NCBI RefSeq assembly: GCF_001194135.2
Contig: NC_068983.1
Span: 4,949,852 to 5,013,851 of the forward strand
Origin: Octopus bimaculoides
Lineage: Eukaryota
Length of the DNA: 64,000 bases
Reading direction: 5' to 3'
Of the stretch, positions 25,936 to 39,890 are shown in pieces. The notes under the pieces were generated by a model. It made no database searches and was not told the DNA's origin. It saw nothing but the letters and a program-made list of their open reading frames with translations. Each line of letters starts with the position of its first letter. Position 1 is the stretch's first letter. Both the position numbers and the translations under genes were made by a program.

Positions 25936-25970
25936 TTTTACGAGGCAAAAAGATTACTCTACCAGCATGA
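25936..25970 (+). CDS. KDELR: KDEL receptor last exon ((V)LRGKKITLPA*)
   Basis: TTTTCCTCTTCCAG acceptor and 35 nt ending in TGA. Matches the KDELR C-terminus VLKGKKLSLPA. Confidence 0.93.
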
Positions 25971-27224
25971 GCGAAGAGGCTACAAGTTTGCCTGAGGCAT
26001 GAGAAGGCTGCAAGTGTGCTGCTACTACTACTTCTACTACTACTACTACTACTACTACTACTCCTCTGATGGGTTGGAAGAAGTTGTTTGTTACTGGTAT
26101 CTATGGCTGGCTTTCACATAAAACACTGTGGTAATTCATCATTCTCTTCCTCATTGATTTCATCTTACCAAGCAGTGAAAAATCCTCATTAAAGCTTTTA
26201 ACAAAATCCCTTCTGGTTTCATCACAAACCTCTTCTTTCCTTCCTGCCATCTCTTTTATTTTAGGGTTACATTGCTCAACCTGTTTACTCCCTTCTTTCC
26301 TTCTTAGGTTGTTAGTCACCTTGTGTCAATGTCCTTTACTTAAACCTAACAACCAATGATAGAACCACACAGCAAACTTCTTTCACTTGACTTCTCTCCT
26401 TCTCTTTCTCTCTCTCTCTCTCATATGATTCCTCCAGCACTGCGACCTCCTTAGACCACAGCAGTGTTGGAACCAATCTTTCAAAAGACATTTCTATGAG
26501 ATTGTGGTTGTAAACAAATGATACAACAAAAAAGAAGAAAAAAAAAAAGGAAGTTTCAAATGTATAATAATTGAAATGAATTATCACATTTTTTCTTGAT
26601 ATCTCTTGAGTTATATTATTATTATTCCTTCATTTCTTATCTTTTGCCTTTGTTTTAGTCTTTTATTTTTTTTTGTTTCCAAAGCTTAAACTCTATTCTA
26701 TTCTTTATTAAACTGTTATTTCAATCTCGTGGAGTGTTGTTTTAAGTTAAAATCCACACAGATGAATCATTAAACATTTTTTACGCACATACATAAGCAC
26801 ACACACAAACCACACACACACACACACATACACACACACACACATACACACTATGAAAGTCACTATACATCCTGGTACTTTGTTTCCAACTAGTTAGTCA
26901 TTATGTTCATAGAAATTCACTGGAACTTTGCTGGAAGAGTACAACAGCAACAGTACTATTCCCATTTTTCACTTTAAATAACTGTGAAGGAAGAAATTCA
27001 TGTAAAACTTTAGCTTCAGACAGTCTCAGCCATTATTGTATGCCTACTGATTTCTGAAAATTCTTTTTCCATGTGAATAAATCATATTTCATTGTAGGAT
27101 GCTGTTCTGTCATTATTTCTAATTTAATGTAAATTTCTTTTTTTTTTTTTCTTGAATGCTTTTATTTTTCATTATATATATATATCATCATCATTTAAAG
27201 CGGACGTTAAACGATGATGATGAT

Positions 27225-27264
<40 letters not shown>

Positions 27265-27794
27265 TTAATAACTTTATAATTTCCATTTTGCTTTTCAACA
27301 ATTGATTTCACTTCCTCCAGCTAATTCTGTAAGAGTGGACAACAACCTGTTGTCAAGGGTCTCACAAGGTCCCCTTTCCACTTATCATCCAAGTACCAAT
27401 CTGAAACCTTTCTGCTGCCCTCAATAAAACAGTTTTTCTGAGCATGTTCTACCCTTATTATTATTATAGCAGAGAGCTGGCAGAAATGTTAGCATGCTGG
27501 GTAAAATGCTTAGTGACATTTCGTCCATCCTGACATTCTGAGTTCAAATTCTATCATGGTCAACTTCGCCTTTCATTCTTTTGGGGTCGATAAATTAAGT
27601 TCCAGTGAAATGCTGGGGTCAATGAAGTCAACTTTATATATAAATGAAAAGGACATTTAATTTAGCTACACATGTTGGTGCCATGTAGAAAAGCACCCAG
27701 TACACTTTGTAAAGCGGTTGGCATCAAGGACAGCATCCAGCCATAGAAACCATACCAAAACAGATGATTGGAACCTGGTGCAACTTTATATATT

Positions 27795-28685
27795 CACTAG
27801 CTGACGTACCCGGTAATTCCCAGGAAAGCGGGGCTTATCCCTTGGTTCCATTCTCATGATTGTTTTACTAATCCAATTACAACAATACAAAGTATGTAGC
27901 CCTTAAAATGGGTTTTGTGCATTTACAGAGAATGCCGAACTGTCTTACACTGGATCTTGCTTTTAGGAATTCCCAATGAGTTATGAGTACTCAAATTGTG
28001 AAGTCAGTTATGTAATAACATGAAATTAGCTACCTGATAGTAAGAATTCAAATAAAGTAGCCCCAAAAAGGGCTTTAATGCATTCACTGAGTATATAGAA
28101 CATAGGAGGAAATACTAATAAGGTATGTATACTAAAATCATGAAGCATGTTACGTAATAACATACTAATCAGATATGAGATACTAACAATTTAAAGTAAA
28201 TAACTCCGAAAAGGACTTTTGTGCATTCTCAGAAAATATTACCCTCAGCGGCACTAGTGTTGGTATATTCATGAATAAGTCACTAACTGAAATAACTGGA
28301 TCTATTGTTTAGGAAAATACTATTTACTTGTTTAAGGGTTGTACGGCATAAATTGTGAAAAAAACTCTAACAGTTCAAATACTAAGAAATAAGCATACTC
28401 AATTTGATTTATATGAAATGAATTAAAAAAATTGAATGGGTTATTTCCCTTGGCTGTTAAAATCTGGGCAAATGTTAAAATGAAATACATTATATATAAG
28501 GATCCCTTCCAGGGGCCCTATTATTGATTTTTTTTAACAATCTGAGTATGCCATGAAGTTTCCAAACATAAGTTCTACTCACATGTCAAGTTTAATCAAA
28601 ATTGATAAAACGATGTAGGAGGAGTTAGCTAATAACTCCACAAACACACCCACAGACAAAATTTCCCACACATGTAGTAGTAAAA
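27795..28685 (+). mobile_element. Possible non-autonomous Helentron-associated (HINE/DINE-like) element
   Basis: Starts ACTAGC...ACCCGG...CCAGG, has internal ~150-bp imperfect repeats (27893, 28055, 28200), and ends aggaggagttagc...acaaacacacccacagac. Confidence 0.4.
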
Positions 28686-28782
28686 TGTTACCACATTCTT
28701 GACTTCTTCAGTAATTAAAATAGTTTCTATTCATTTTTCACACAAATTGTGTCCAAATTCTGATAGTCAATATATAAATCTC

Positions 28783-28945
28783 TAGGTGCAGGAGTCGCTG
28801 TGTGGTAAGTAGCTTGACCAACCACATAGTTCTGGGTTCAGTCCCACTGTGCAGCACCTTGGGCAAGTGTCTTCTACTATAGCTTCGGGCAGACCAAAGC
28901 CTTGTGAGTGGATTTGGTAGACGGAAACTGAAAGAAGCCTGTCGC

Positions 28946-28995
<50 letters not shown>

Positions 28996-29192
28996 CTGTG
29001 TGTGTGTATATGTTTGTGTGTCTGTGTTTGTCACTCCCAACATCGCTAGACAACCGATGCTAGTGTGTTTACGTCCCCGTAACTTAGTGGTTCAGCAAAA
29101 GAGACCAATAGAATAAGTACTTAGCTTACAAAGAATAAGTCCTGCGGTCGATTTGTGCAACTAAAGGTGGTGCTCCAGCATGACTGAAACTT
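28783..29192 (+). mobile_element. tRNA-headed SINE family A, representative copy with an internal (TA)n/(TG)n tract
   Basis: Head aggtgcaggagtggctgtgtggtaag (A box) and gggttcagtccc (B box). Other copies: 3061-3387(-), 3612-3819, 30134-30545, 36788-37890, 38900-39380(-), 40225-40515(-), 42036-43010, 49400-49720(-), 56440-56830, 58695-59100(-), 60825-61145, 62284-62510. Confidence 0.85.
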
Positions 29193-30301
29193 GCTGTCCT
29201 TGTGCCAAAATTGACATGCCTCCTCTTATCAAACTTGCTGAATTTGTGCCAAGATTGGTATCCCCCACCCACCGTCAAACTTGCTGACTTTGCACCAAAA
29301 TCAGAAAGAACTTAGAGAAATGTCCCTTTTTCTGTAATATAATTCTTAAATAGAGAAAAAGAACTTGTTTTAAATCTCTCAGCAAGAGATATACAGTAAC
29401 AGTACCAAACAGTAAAGTTTATTTTGCCAACAGAATGTGGCAGTCCTATACAAGGACGTTGTTTAGCCCCAGGAAAACATCTTTTCCAGCTGGCTATCGA
29501 CACCCAGTCTGTGTCCATATAGCATTTGCAAGGGAGGTCGTTGCTCCCATCGCTAGCCTTATGTGATAATCACAGACCTAGGTTTCTTGTCCTCAGTTTT
29601 TCAGCTAAATTTATAGTATGCCCCATTCTCATTAATATTTGTCACAATATAATTACTCCATCTGTTACAAAAAAGACACGCAAGCATTTAGACACATCCC
29701 AATTTCAGGAAAAAAGAAGCTTTTAGTATTAAAATCTGTAATAAAAACCCAACACCGCATCTAGAAGTTGGGGTGATTTTGTTTTGAGACCCATGCCAGC
29801 ATGGAAAACGGACGTTAAACGATGATGATGACATTGTTTTGTGGGTGGAAAAAAGTGCATCTTCTGTACCATCAAACAGAGTATATTTGAGTCTAACTAA
29901 GTGATATCTAGTTAAGAAAAAAAAAAAAAAAATGTTTATGATATTACTGTCTTTAATTACTGAGAACTACATGAAGGGTAAGTGTGTCTGTGAAGTACTC
30001 AGCCACTTGTATGTTAATTTCAGGTCCCATTGATCAGATTCACTGGAACAATTGTCATAAACGATGGAATGTCAGTTTATTTGTGTGAGTTTATATTGTG
30101 TATTTTGCACTGATTTAAAAAAAGACTGAGCATATAGGTGCAGGAGTAGCTGTGTGAGAAGAACCTTGTTTCCCAACCACATGGTTCTGGGTTCAGTCCC
30201 ACTGCGTGGAATCTTAGGCAAGTGTCTTCTACTATAGCCTCAGGTCAACCAAAGCCTTGTTGTGAGTGGATTTGGTTGATGGAAACTGAAAGAATGCCAT
30301 C

Positions 30302-30341
<40 letters not shown>

Positions 30342-30924
30342 ATGTATTTGTGTGTCTGTTTGTCCCCCAGCCATAGTTTGACAACTGATGTAGGTAATGC
30401 TTATGTCCCTGTAAATTAGCAGTTCAGCAAAAAGAGACTGACAGAATAAGTACTAGGCTCACAAAAAATAAGTCCTGGGGTTGATTTGTTTGACAAAAGG
30501 TGGTGCTCCAGCATGGCCGCAGTCAAATGACTCAAACAAAAAGAAGAATAAAAGACTGTGAGCGTATTGTATACAGTGCTCAGATGCTCTTCAACTCATT
30601 TGAAAAGAGTCAAAGAAAAGACTGAAAGCAGCAACAAGCCAAGTAATGAAAGGCCACAATGTAAACCAAAATTTTCGTGCACAATACACAGAATAAAAGC
30701 CTAAAACACAGGAAAGCGAACATTAAAAGAGCCATCAAAAGTAAAGGGTGCCAGATCAGATTGGAGACTGGTGTAGCCATCTGGTTTACCAGTCCTCAGT
30801 CAAATCGTCGAACCCATGCTAACATGGAATATGGACGCTAAATGATGATGATGATGATTCTGCCAATCATGTTGTAAATTTTTATTTATTGTATATATAT
30901 AATTTGTGCATTTAAGCAATTAAG

Positions 30925-33070
30925 GGTATGAAGACAGGGAGATACTCCTGCCCACCGGCCCATCAGGAATCACTGCAGAGATGCTTAAAACATCTGGCGG
31001 TGTCGGCTATAGTCTAGTCACCTGTATAGTCAATCAGGTGATACATGAAGGAGTCATACCCAATGACTAAAGTAGCAGCACCACAGTCAACTGCTACAAA
31101 AGTAAAGGTGATGCATTAGATACAAATAATTACAGAGGTATCAAGTTGTTGGATCAGGTAATGAAAGTCACGGAGAGGGTCATAGCCCAACTAATTAGGG
31201 AGAGAATTAGTTTAAATGAGATGCAGTTTGGGTTTGTGCCAGGGAAAAGCACCCCTGATGCAATATTTCTGATAGGACAGCTGCAGGAGAAATACCTAAC
31301 CAAAGATAAACCTCTGTACCTAGCTTTCATTGACATGGAGAAAGCCTTTGACAGGGTCCCCTGATCCCTTATCTGGTGGTCAATGAGGAAACTAGGGATA
31401 AATGAGTGGTTAGTGAGAGCTGTGCGAGCCATGTACAGGGATGCTGTCAGTAAGGTGAGGGTTGGTAATGAGTATAGTGAAGAATTCCAGGTAGGGGTAG
31501 GGGTCCACTAAGGATCAGTCCTCAGCCCCTCTTATTCATCATAGTCCTCCAGGCAATAACAGAGGAATTCAAGACAGGATGCCCCTGGGAGCTTCTCTAT
31601 GCAGATGACCTTGCTCTAATAGCTGAGTCACTATCAGAACTAGAGGAGAAGCTGCAGGTGTGGAAGGAAGGTCTAGAATTGAAGGGCCTTAGAGTCAATC
31701 TAGCAAAAACCCAGTCTTAATAAATTGGAAGGCAGACAAACCACAAATCCCTTCAGGTAGATGGCCGTGCTCAATCTGTAGAAAAGGCATTGGTAGAAAC
31801 TCCATAAGATGTACCTGGTGTAAGCTATGGACACCTAAGAGGTGAGCAATATCAAAGAAAGATTAACTGGGAAGATAGTTTTTGTGTGTGACAAATGCTC
31901 AGAGGCATTAAACACTGAGAATGTGCAGAAAACCGCTTCTGTCACATGCCAGGGGGAAAAACTAGAAGTAGTTGATAACTTCCATTACCTAGGTGACCAA
32001 GTGGATGCACTGAGAGTATAGCTGCTAGAATAAGAATAGCATGGGCAAAGTTCAGAGAGCTCCTATCTCTGCTGGTGACAAAGGGCCTCTCACTCAGAGT
32101 AAAAGGTAGACTATATGATGCATGTGTGCGAACAGCCATGCTACACAGCAATGAAACATGAGCTGTGACTGCTGAGGACATGAGTAAGCTTGCAAGGAAA
32201 GAAGCCAGTGTGCTCTGTTGGCTGTGCACTGTCAGTGTGCATACATGTCACTGTGTAAGTGCCCTGAGAGAAAAGTTGGACAGAAGAAGCATCAGATGTG
32301 GTGTGCAAGAGAGACAACTGCACTGGTATGATCATGTGTTGCATAAGGATGAAGACAACTGTGTGAAAAAGTGTCACACCTTAGCAGTAGAGGGAACCTA
32401 TGAAAGAGGTAGACCCAGGAAGACCTGGGATGAGGTGGTGAAGCACAACCTTTGAACTTTGGGCCTCATGGAGGCAATGACAAGTGACCGAGACATTTGG
32501 AGATATGCTGTGCTTGAGAAGACCTGGCAAGCCAAGTGAGACCGTAACTGTGGCCTATGCCAGTGCAGCATAACCAACCCGTTTAAGAATACCCATCAAT
32601 ACTGGGCAATAAACTGTGCTTGCGAAGACCTGTTGAGGCAGGTGAAGTCATTGTTGTCACCAATGCCAGCCAGGACTGTCTGACTGGCACTCATGCCAGT
32701 GGCACATAAAAAGCACCATTTGATCGTGGTCGATGCCAGTGCGACCTGACTGGTCCCATGCTGGTGGAATGTAAAAAGCACCATTTGAGCAAGGTTATTG
32801 CCAGTGCTGCCCAACTGGCTCTCACACTGATGGCACGTAAAAAGCACCATTCGAGTGTGATCATTGCCAGTACCGCCTGACTGGTACCTGTGCTGGTGAC
32901 ATGTAAAAATCACCCACTACACTCTCAGAGTGGTTAGCGTTAGGAAGGGCATCCAGCTGTAGAAACCTTGCCAGATCAGATTGGAGCCTGGTACAGCCCT
33001 CTGGCTTATCAGTCCTCAGTCAAACCGTCCAACCCATGCCAGCATGAAAAGTGGACATCAAACGACGATG
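30925..33070 (+). mobile_element. 5'-truncated, frameshifted RTE-clade LINE (RT region plus 3' UTR)
   Basis: QFGFVPGKSTPDAIF and FIDMEKAFDRVP motifs, YADD at 31598-31609 and C-terminal LHWYDHV...GRPRKTW. The 3' UTR has a ~66-bp tandem array and a (GAT)n-like tail. Confidence 0.9.
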
Positions 33071-33320
33071 ATTCTACCAACTTTGTATTTTTCTATTTTT
33101 TGTGGATGAATATATATCATTTGTGTATATTCTACAAACTTTGTCCGCGTGTTTCCATGTATTTATTACGTTTGTGTCTATCCAATGTTTATAGAAATTC
33201 TATAAACTTTCCGACTGTATTTCTATCAACCCGTTTTATAAACCAATTTCGTTTCGTTTTTATTACTATTCTACCTTTTATATTGTTTTTCCCTACACTT
33301 TTATTATCCAATACAAAATT

Positions 33321-33384
33321 ATGGCGCTTGTATTGACAGAAGATATTATTCGAACCAGAGTTAATTTACTACATAATAACTTGG
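33321..33384 (+). CDS. CEP72: CEP72/LRRC36-like exon 1 (MALVLTEDIIRTRVNLLHNNL-E)
   Basis: ATG at 33321 with a GTAAGT donor at 33385. Similar to the CEP72 N-terminus (LVLSEEAVRAK), and phase 1 joins exon 2. Confidence 0.85.
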
Positions 33385-36300
33385 GTAAGTCTCTGTATTT
33401 ATATATGAAGATATTAAATATAATAATATTAATGATCACTCGATTTTTATTAATGAAATAAATTTCCTTTTCAATCAATTTTTGTTTTCATTTTATACAT
33501 TTTATACATGAAATAATCCAATTCTTCGCTGAATCGTTTTGACAAACTTTGTTTACGTCTGCTTCAGTGAAATGTCATTTATTCTTGTCTCGATTGAAAC
33601 AAAATTGAAACAATCGTCCGTTTATATTGACTGATAATAAAGGAAATACGAAATATATATCTTTCCCAATGAATCGATAGTTGTTTGTTAGCCTTGATTT
33701 TACTGGAATTTCTACTTCAAGACAAGTCTGGACATGTCTTCTGCCATCAACAGACGACTTTCTTGGTCATTTTTCTTACTTAATACTCTCTCCTTTACAG
33801 TGTCATATGTCCGGCTTAACTACAGTTTGGTGCTCGCCAAATCTATTTCCTCATAAATTTCTGAAAAACGCTTTTTTTTAAATAAAAGTTTTCAGATACA
33901 TATTTTCAAAGGTGGAGATTAAAATGATGATAAAGTTGAAAAGTTTTATTTGAGTGATTTTTGGATCTTTCTCCTCCTCATAAGTCTATTTAAGATACAT
34001 ATTTTAAATGACATCTTGCAAAAATACTGTTTTATCGAATGGAGATTAAATAATGCTGATGTTTCAAATGTATAAAACTAATATATATATATATATATAT
34101 ATATATNNNNNNNNNNNNNNNNNNNNNNNNNNNNNNNNNNNNNNNNNNNNNNNNNNNNNNNNNNNNNNNNNNNNNNNNNNNNNNNNNNNNNNNNNNNNNN
34201 NNNNNNNNNNNNNNNNNNNNNNNNNNNNNNNNNNNNNNNNNNNNNNNNNNNNNNNNNNNNNNNNNNNNNNNNNNNNNNNNNNNNNNNNNNNNNNNNNNNN
34301 NNNNNNNNNNNNNNNNNNNNNNNNNNNNNNNNNNNNNNNNNNNNNNNNNNNNNNNNNNNNNNNNNNNNNNNNNNNNNNNNNNNNNNNNNNNNNNNNNNNN
34401 NNNNNNNNNNNNNNNNNNNNNNNNNNNNNNNNNNNNNNNNNNNNNNNNNNNNNNNNNNNNNNNNNNNNNNNNNNNNNNNNNNNNNNNNNNNNNNNNNNNN
34501 NNNNNNNNNNNNNNNNNNNNNNNNNNNNNNNNNNNNNNNNNNNNNNNNNNNNNNNNNNNNNNNNNNNNNNNNNNNNNNNNNNNNNNNNNNNNNNNNNNNN
34601 NNNNNNNNNNNNNNNNNNNNNNNNNNNNNNNNNNNNNNNNNNNNNNNNNNNNNNNNNNNNNNNNNNNNNNNNNNNNNNNNNNNNNNNNNNNNNNNNNNNN
34701 NNNNNNNNNNNNNNNNNNNNNNNNNNNNNNNNNNNNNNNNNNNNNNNNNNNNNNNNNNNNNNNNNNNNNNNNNNNNNNNNNNNNNNNNNNTGTTTTTTTT
34801 TTTTTGCCTTTCTAATCTTTCTGATGTCTAGGGATGGATATTGATGTGTATAAGTCTGTTTTCTGGAGAACTGAAGCACCAAATTTACATTATCTTGCCT
34901 TACTCATTTTGCCCCAGTCACATTTGTCTTTTATATGCTCAAAGAGAATGGCAATAATTTCCTGAAGTAGTGATCAGATTATGTTATAACACTTTTAATG
35001 CATTTAGGGAATACCGTTTGCTTAACTGATATACATTTATTAAAATTTTAGAAGATTATAAAGAAACAAATTTGTGAGGCCCTAAACTGTAGATATGCTA
35101 CCATATCTTCTTAGAAGTATCATGTCTTGACAAGCTTCTGTACTTGCCATAGGTTTTTTTTTTTTTTGATTTTACCGATAAATTTTAAATTTATTTTTAT
35201 TTTCGCAAATGACAAACCATTGCTTTTATTTTGCTGCTTAATTTCATTCTACATTTTCTGACTGTTTTGTAAATTATGTGCTTTTTCACAGCTAAACAAA
35301 CCTAATATAAAACTATAGAAATGAGCTGATAAAAATAAACTATTAGCTGGTCTACAGTTCCAAGTCAGCCATGATTGAGCAGCTTTAGAAAGACACTCCA
35401 ACTGTGACCATTCTGTTTTATTGTTAAGGTCTACATTGGACTACACTGTCCAAGTTGTTCTTCTCTTCTTCTAATTGGTAGAATATTTTTGATGGAGATT
35501 TGACTGCTTTTTCCAGCAGGCCTAGAAACCAGGTAAAGCTAATCTTGAACCAGTAGGGTTTGGAGAATAAGCAATGACCTCCATAACTACTTTATAAAAT
35601 CATAATCTTCTATGCCCAAAGCATATAATTTAGAGAATTTTTTTGTTGAAAAATGTCAAAAAATGAAAAATTTATATAGCTGGTTGGAGAAGGGATGTGA
35701 TTAAAAAATTGAATTTGAGAACTTTTTTTTCCAGAATGATAATCTCCTGTGTATAAAACATATAACTTAGAGAAAAGTTTTTGAGAAAATTTTTTTTTTT
35801 AATGAAGAAACCTGGCATTGACCACAACTGTGGAAATCATTATTATAATTATTCTTAAGGTTGCAAACTGGCAGAATTGTTAGCATGCTGGATATAATGC
35901 TTAGAGACATTTTCTCTGTCTTTACGTTCTGAGTTCTGAGGGAACAAATTGATCCCATTGAACCCAATGTACAACTGGTACTTACTTTATTTACCTCAAA
36001 AGGTAAAATTGACCTGAGTGGAATATGAACTCAGTGTTGGGCCTCACGGAGGCAATGACCAAGACCTTTGGCATTATGCCGTGCTTGAGAAGAAGACTCA
36101 TCAAGCTGAGCAAAATCGCAGTCGTGGCAGATATCGGTATCACGCAAATTGGCACCCATGCCGTTAGCATGTAAACGCACCCCAGTGTCACACAAATGGC
36201 ACCTGTGCCGGTGGCATGTAAAAGCAGCCATTATACTCTCAGAGTGGTTAGTGTTAAGAGCATCCAGCTGTAGAAACCATACCAAAACAGACTGGAGTCT

Positions 36301-36953
36301 GATGCAGCCTTCTAGCATGCTAGCCCTGTCAAACCGTCCAACCGATGCCAGCATGGGCCACAGATGCTGGATGATGACGGTGATGATGATGATTATAATG
36401 AATGTAAAATGTTGGAAGATATGCTACTAAACATCTTGTCTAACATGCCAGCTCATCACCGAATGATAATAATAATAATACTAACGATTATAATCATCAA
36501 GATAATAAATAAATAAACAATATTACCGAGTGTGGGATATTTCATTTTGAAAGTCTGCCTGTTTGAACTTTTGTTATCGATGAAATAAGAACAGGGAGCC
36601 ACCGTGTTGGTGTGTCAGCTGTTGCCATCATTGTTCAAGTGTAGCTGAGCCCTGATCCAACACATCTGTGATCAAAGGTGTGTTATTCAGACATTGTGTA
36701 TCTAGGACTACCTCTTCTTATGTACACTTCCTTTTGTTGTTGCTGTATAGCCCTCAGTTGGTCCGAACTCATTTACTGGGGGAAATAGTCACAGAGGCGC
36801 AGGAGTGGCTGTGTGGTAAGAAGCTTGCTTACCAACCACATGGCTCCAGGTTCTATCCCACTGTGTGCACCTTGGGTAAAGGTGTCTTCTACTATAGCCT
36901 TGGGCTGACCAAAGCCTCGTGAGTAGATTTGGTAAACGGAAACTGAAAGAAGC

Positions 36954-36985
<32 letters not shown>

Positions 36986-38139
36986 NNNNNNNNNNNNNNN
37001 NNNNNNNNNNNNNNNNNNNNNNNNNNNNNNNNNNNNNNNNNNNNNNNNNNNNNNNNNNNNNNNNNNNNNNNNNNNNNNNNNNNNNNNNNNNNNNNNNNNN
37101 NNNNNNNNNNNNNNNNNNNNNNNNNNNNNNNNNNNNNNNNNNNNNNNNNNNNNNNNNNNNNNNNNNNNNNNNNNNNNNNNNNNNNNNNNNNNNNNNNNNN
37201 NNNNNNNNNNNNNNNNNNNNNNNNNNNNNNNNNNNNNNNNNNNNNNNNNNNNNNNNNNNNNNNNNNNNNNNNNNNNNNNNNNNNNNNNNNNNNNNNNNNN
37301 NNNNNNNNNNNNNNNNNNNNNNNNNNNNNNNNNNNCGGGTGACACGTAAAAGCACCCACTACACTCTCTGAGTGGTTGGCGTTAGGAAGGGCATCCAGCT
37401 GTAGAAACTCTGCCAAATTAGATTGGAGCCTGGTGTTGCCATCCGGTTTCACCAGTCCTCAGTCAAATCGTCCAACCCATGCTAGCATGGAAAGCGGACG
37501 TTAAACGATGATGATGATGATGATGATGATATACATATAAACAATTTTCCTTTATCGATTACCTGAATTTTGTGTCTTCTGTCAATGCCTATATTATTCA
37601 TATGGCTCATATTCTAAGCACTACATGGTTGTTCTGTATGCAAAATTAATTGCTTCATTCTTTCCTTGTCTCTCTCTCTCTATATATATATATGTGTGTG
37701 TCTGTGTTTGTCCCCTCACCATCGCTTGACACCAATGTTGGTGTGTTTACATCTCCATAACTTAGCGGTTCGGCAAAAGAGAATGATAGGATAAGTATTA
37801 GGCTTACAAAGAATAAGTCCTGGGGTCGATTTGTTTGACTAAAGGTGGTGCTCCAGCATGGCCACAGTCAAATGACTGAAACAAGTGAAAGAGTATAGTA
37901 AAGTAACAATGCCACCTTTAATTAAAAATGTGATAAATAATAACTAAAATAATTTTCAAAATCTCACTCCTGACATATTCTTGCAACCCCCACCAACTAC
38001 ATTCTCCAGTTCCTCTGTCCCGACTCATTTTTTCTCCCCTCGTATGAGTGTCCATCCAGACACCTCATCACCATTGTTTCATCTTTTTACTGCTCCACCT
38101 GGTCACTCCCACCCTCTTTTTATCAATATGAGTGGGCAT

Positions 38140-38555
38140 TATTTACATTATTTACATTTGACGGATATTTGTCCTCATCTTGTTTGTTGTTAACACAACA
38201 TTTTGGCTGATATACCCTCCAGCCTTCATCAGGTGTCTGGGGGGGAAATTTCGAACCTGGGTTCTCATTCCAAAGGCATTTTTCGATGTTATTATTATTA
38301 TTATTATTATTATTCAGGTTACTGCTTGGAATTGAACTTGGAATCTTGGGCTTAGTAGCCCGCACTCTTAGCCACTACGCCATATGCCCATGGGCATAAT
38401 ATAATAATAATAATAATAATAAAAATAATATTAACATCAAAATATACCTTAGGAATAAGAACCCAGGTTCGAAATTTCCCCAAGACTGATGAAGGCTGGA
38501 GGGTATATCAGCCGAAATGTTGTATTAACAACAAACAAGATGAGGACAAATATCT
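38140..38555. mobile_element. Inverted pair of tRNA-headed hammerhead-ribozyme elements, locus 1
   Basis: Minus copy with A box (38372-38382), (AAT)n and HHR core. Plus copy with CTGATGA at 38486-38492 and GAAA at 38514-38517. Confidence 0.75.
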
Positions 38556-39096
38556 CAATCATTGCTGCTGTGAAGCCCAACACTTGAAAGGAACTCAGCC
38601 ACTTTCCCTCCGTGCGGCCCACGCTCGAAAGGAACTCAGCCACTTTGCCTAACCATTTTGTGCTAACAATTCTACCAACTTTAGGCTTTCTCTCGCTAAT
38701 GATATAATTGCAATAGTTACAATGTTGATTAAATGAGGTATTCTCTAAAAATTGACAAACAATTGACAGAAGCAATCTGAATTATTCCTGCACTGAGAAT
38801 TTCCATGATGAATAAAAGTCCAGGAATGTAAACAGTGAAATAGCAACTGGTGATGGCAGATGCATTCTTCAATAGGTTTGAATGGTTTTTTAAAAACTTG
38901 TTTCAGTCATTTCATTGTGGCCATGCTGGGGCACTGCCCTGTAGAAGTTAAGTTGAATGAATCAATCCCAGTGTTTATTATTCTTCGTAAAACCTGTTAC
39001 TTATTCTATCAGTCTCTTTTGTCAAACCATTAAGTTCATAAACACACCAACACTGGTTGTCAAGTGGTGGTGGATGACACACACACACACACACAA

Positions 39097-39134
<38 letters not shown>

Positions 39135-39890
39135 TGCACACGCACACAGATTACTTGTCTCTGCCTATTGTTTTTTGTGTTTTTGTTCAATTTTGAACCA
39201 AATATGTGTGTGTGTGTGTGTATACATGATAGTCTTCCACACAGATTCTGTCTGCTAAATATACTTACAAAGTATTGGTCAACCTGGTACCATAGCAGAA
39301 GATACTTGCCCAAGGTGCTGTGCGGTGAGACTGAACTTGAAACCATGTGGATGCAAAATGAGCTTCTTAACCTCATAACCATCAGGAAAACCAATGTTTG
39401 AGATTCTACCTACCTACCTCTCTACAACTTGAATTGACAATTGAAATGTTAAAAGCACCATCCAAACGTGGCCAATGCCAGTACCCCCTGATGGGCTCCT
39501 GTGCCGGTGGCATGTAAAAAGCACCCACTACACTCTCAGAGTGGTTGGCATTAGGAAGGGCATCCAGCTGTAGAAACATTGCCAGATCAGATTGGAGCCT
39601 GGTGCAGTCACTGGCTCTCCAGACCTCAGTCAAACCGTTCAACCGATGCTAGCATGGAAAATGGATGTTAAACGATGACGATGATGATGATGAAACCAAA
39701 TTAATTTATACCATAATAGGAGAAAATAGCTGTAAAAATAAAAAATTAAAAAATGAGAGGGTGGCATCCAAGGTTAAATATCTAAATAACTTTTGATTTT
39801 TATCTAACACTGCTTAAATATTTTGTGTTTTTATATTCTAATAAATTTCTTCCAAATATTTGGAAATTAATTCATAATTATTCTTTGCAG

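Noticed and set aside
30925-32455. Active RTE reverse transcriptase or mariner transposase genes
   Set aside because: Both have in-frame stops, frameshifts and truncations, so they are fossils.
33151-33164. RFX X-box upstream of the centrosomal gene
   Set aside because: Only the GTTTCCATG half-site is present; the RRNAAC half is missing.
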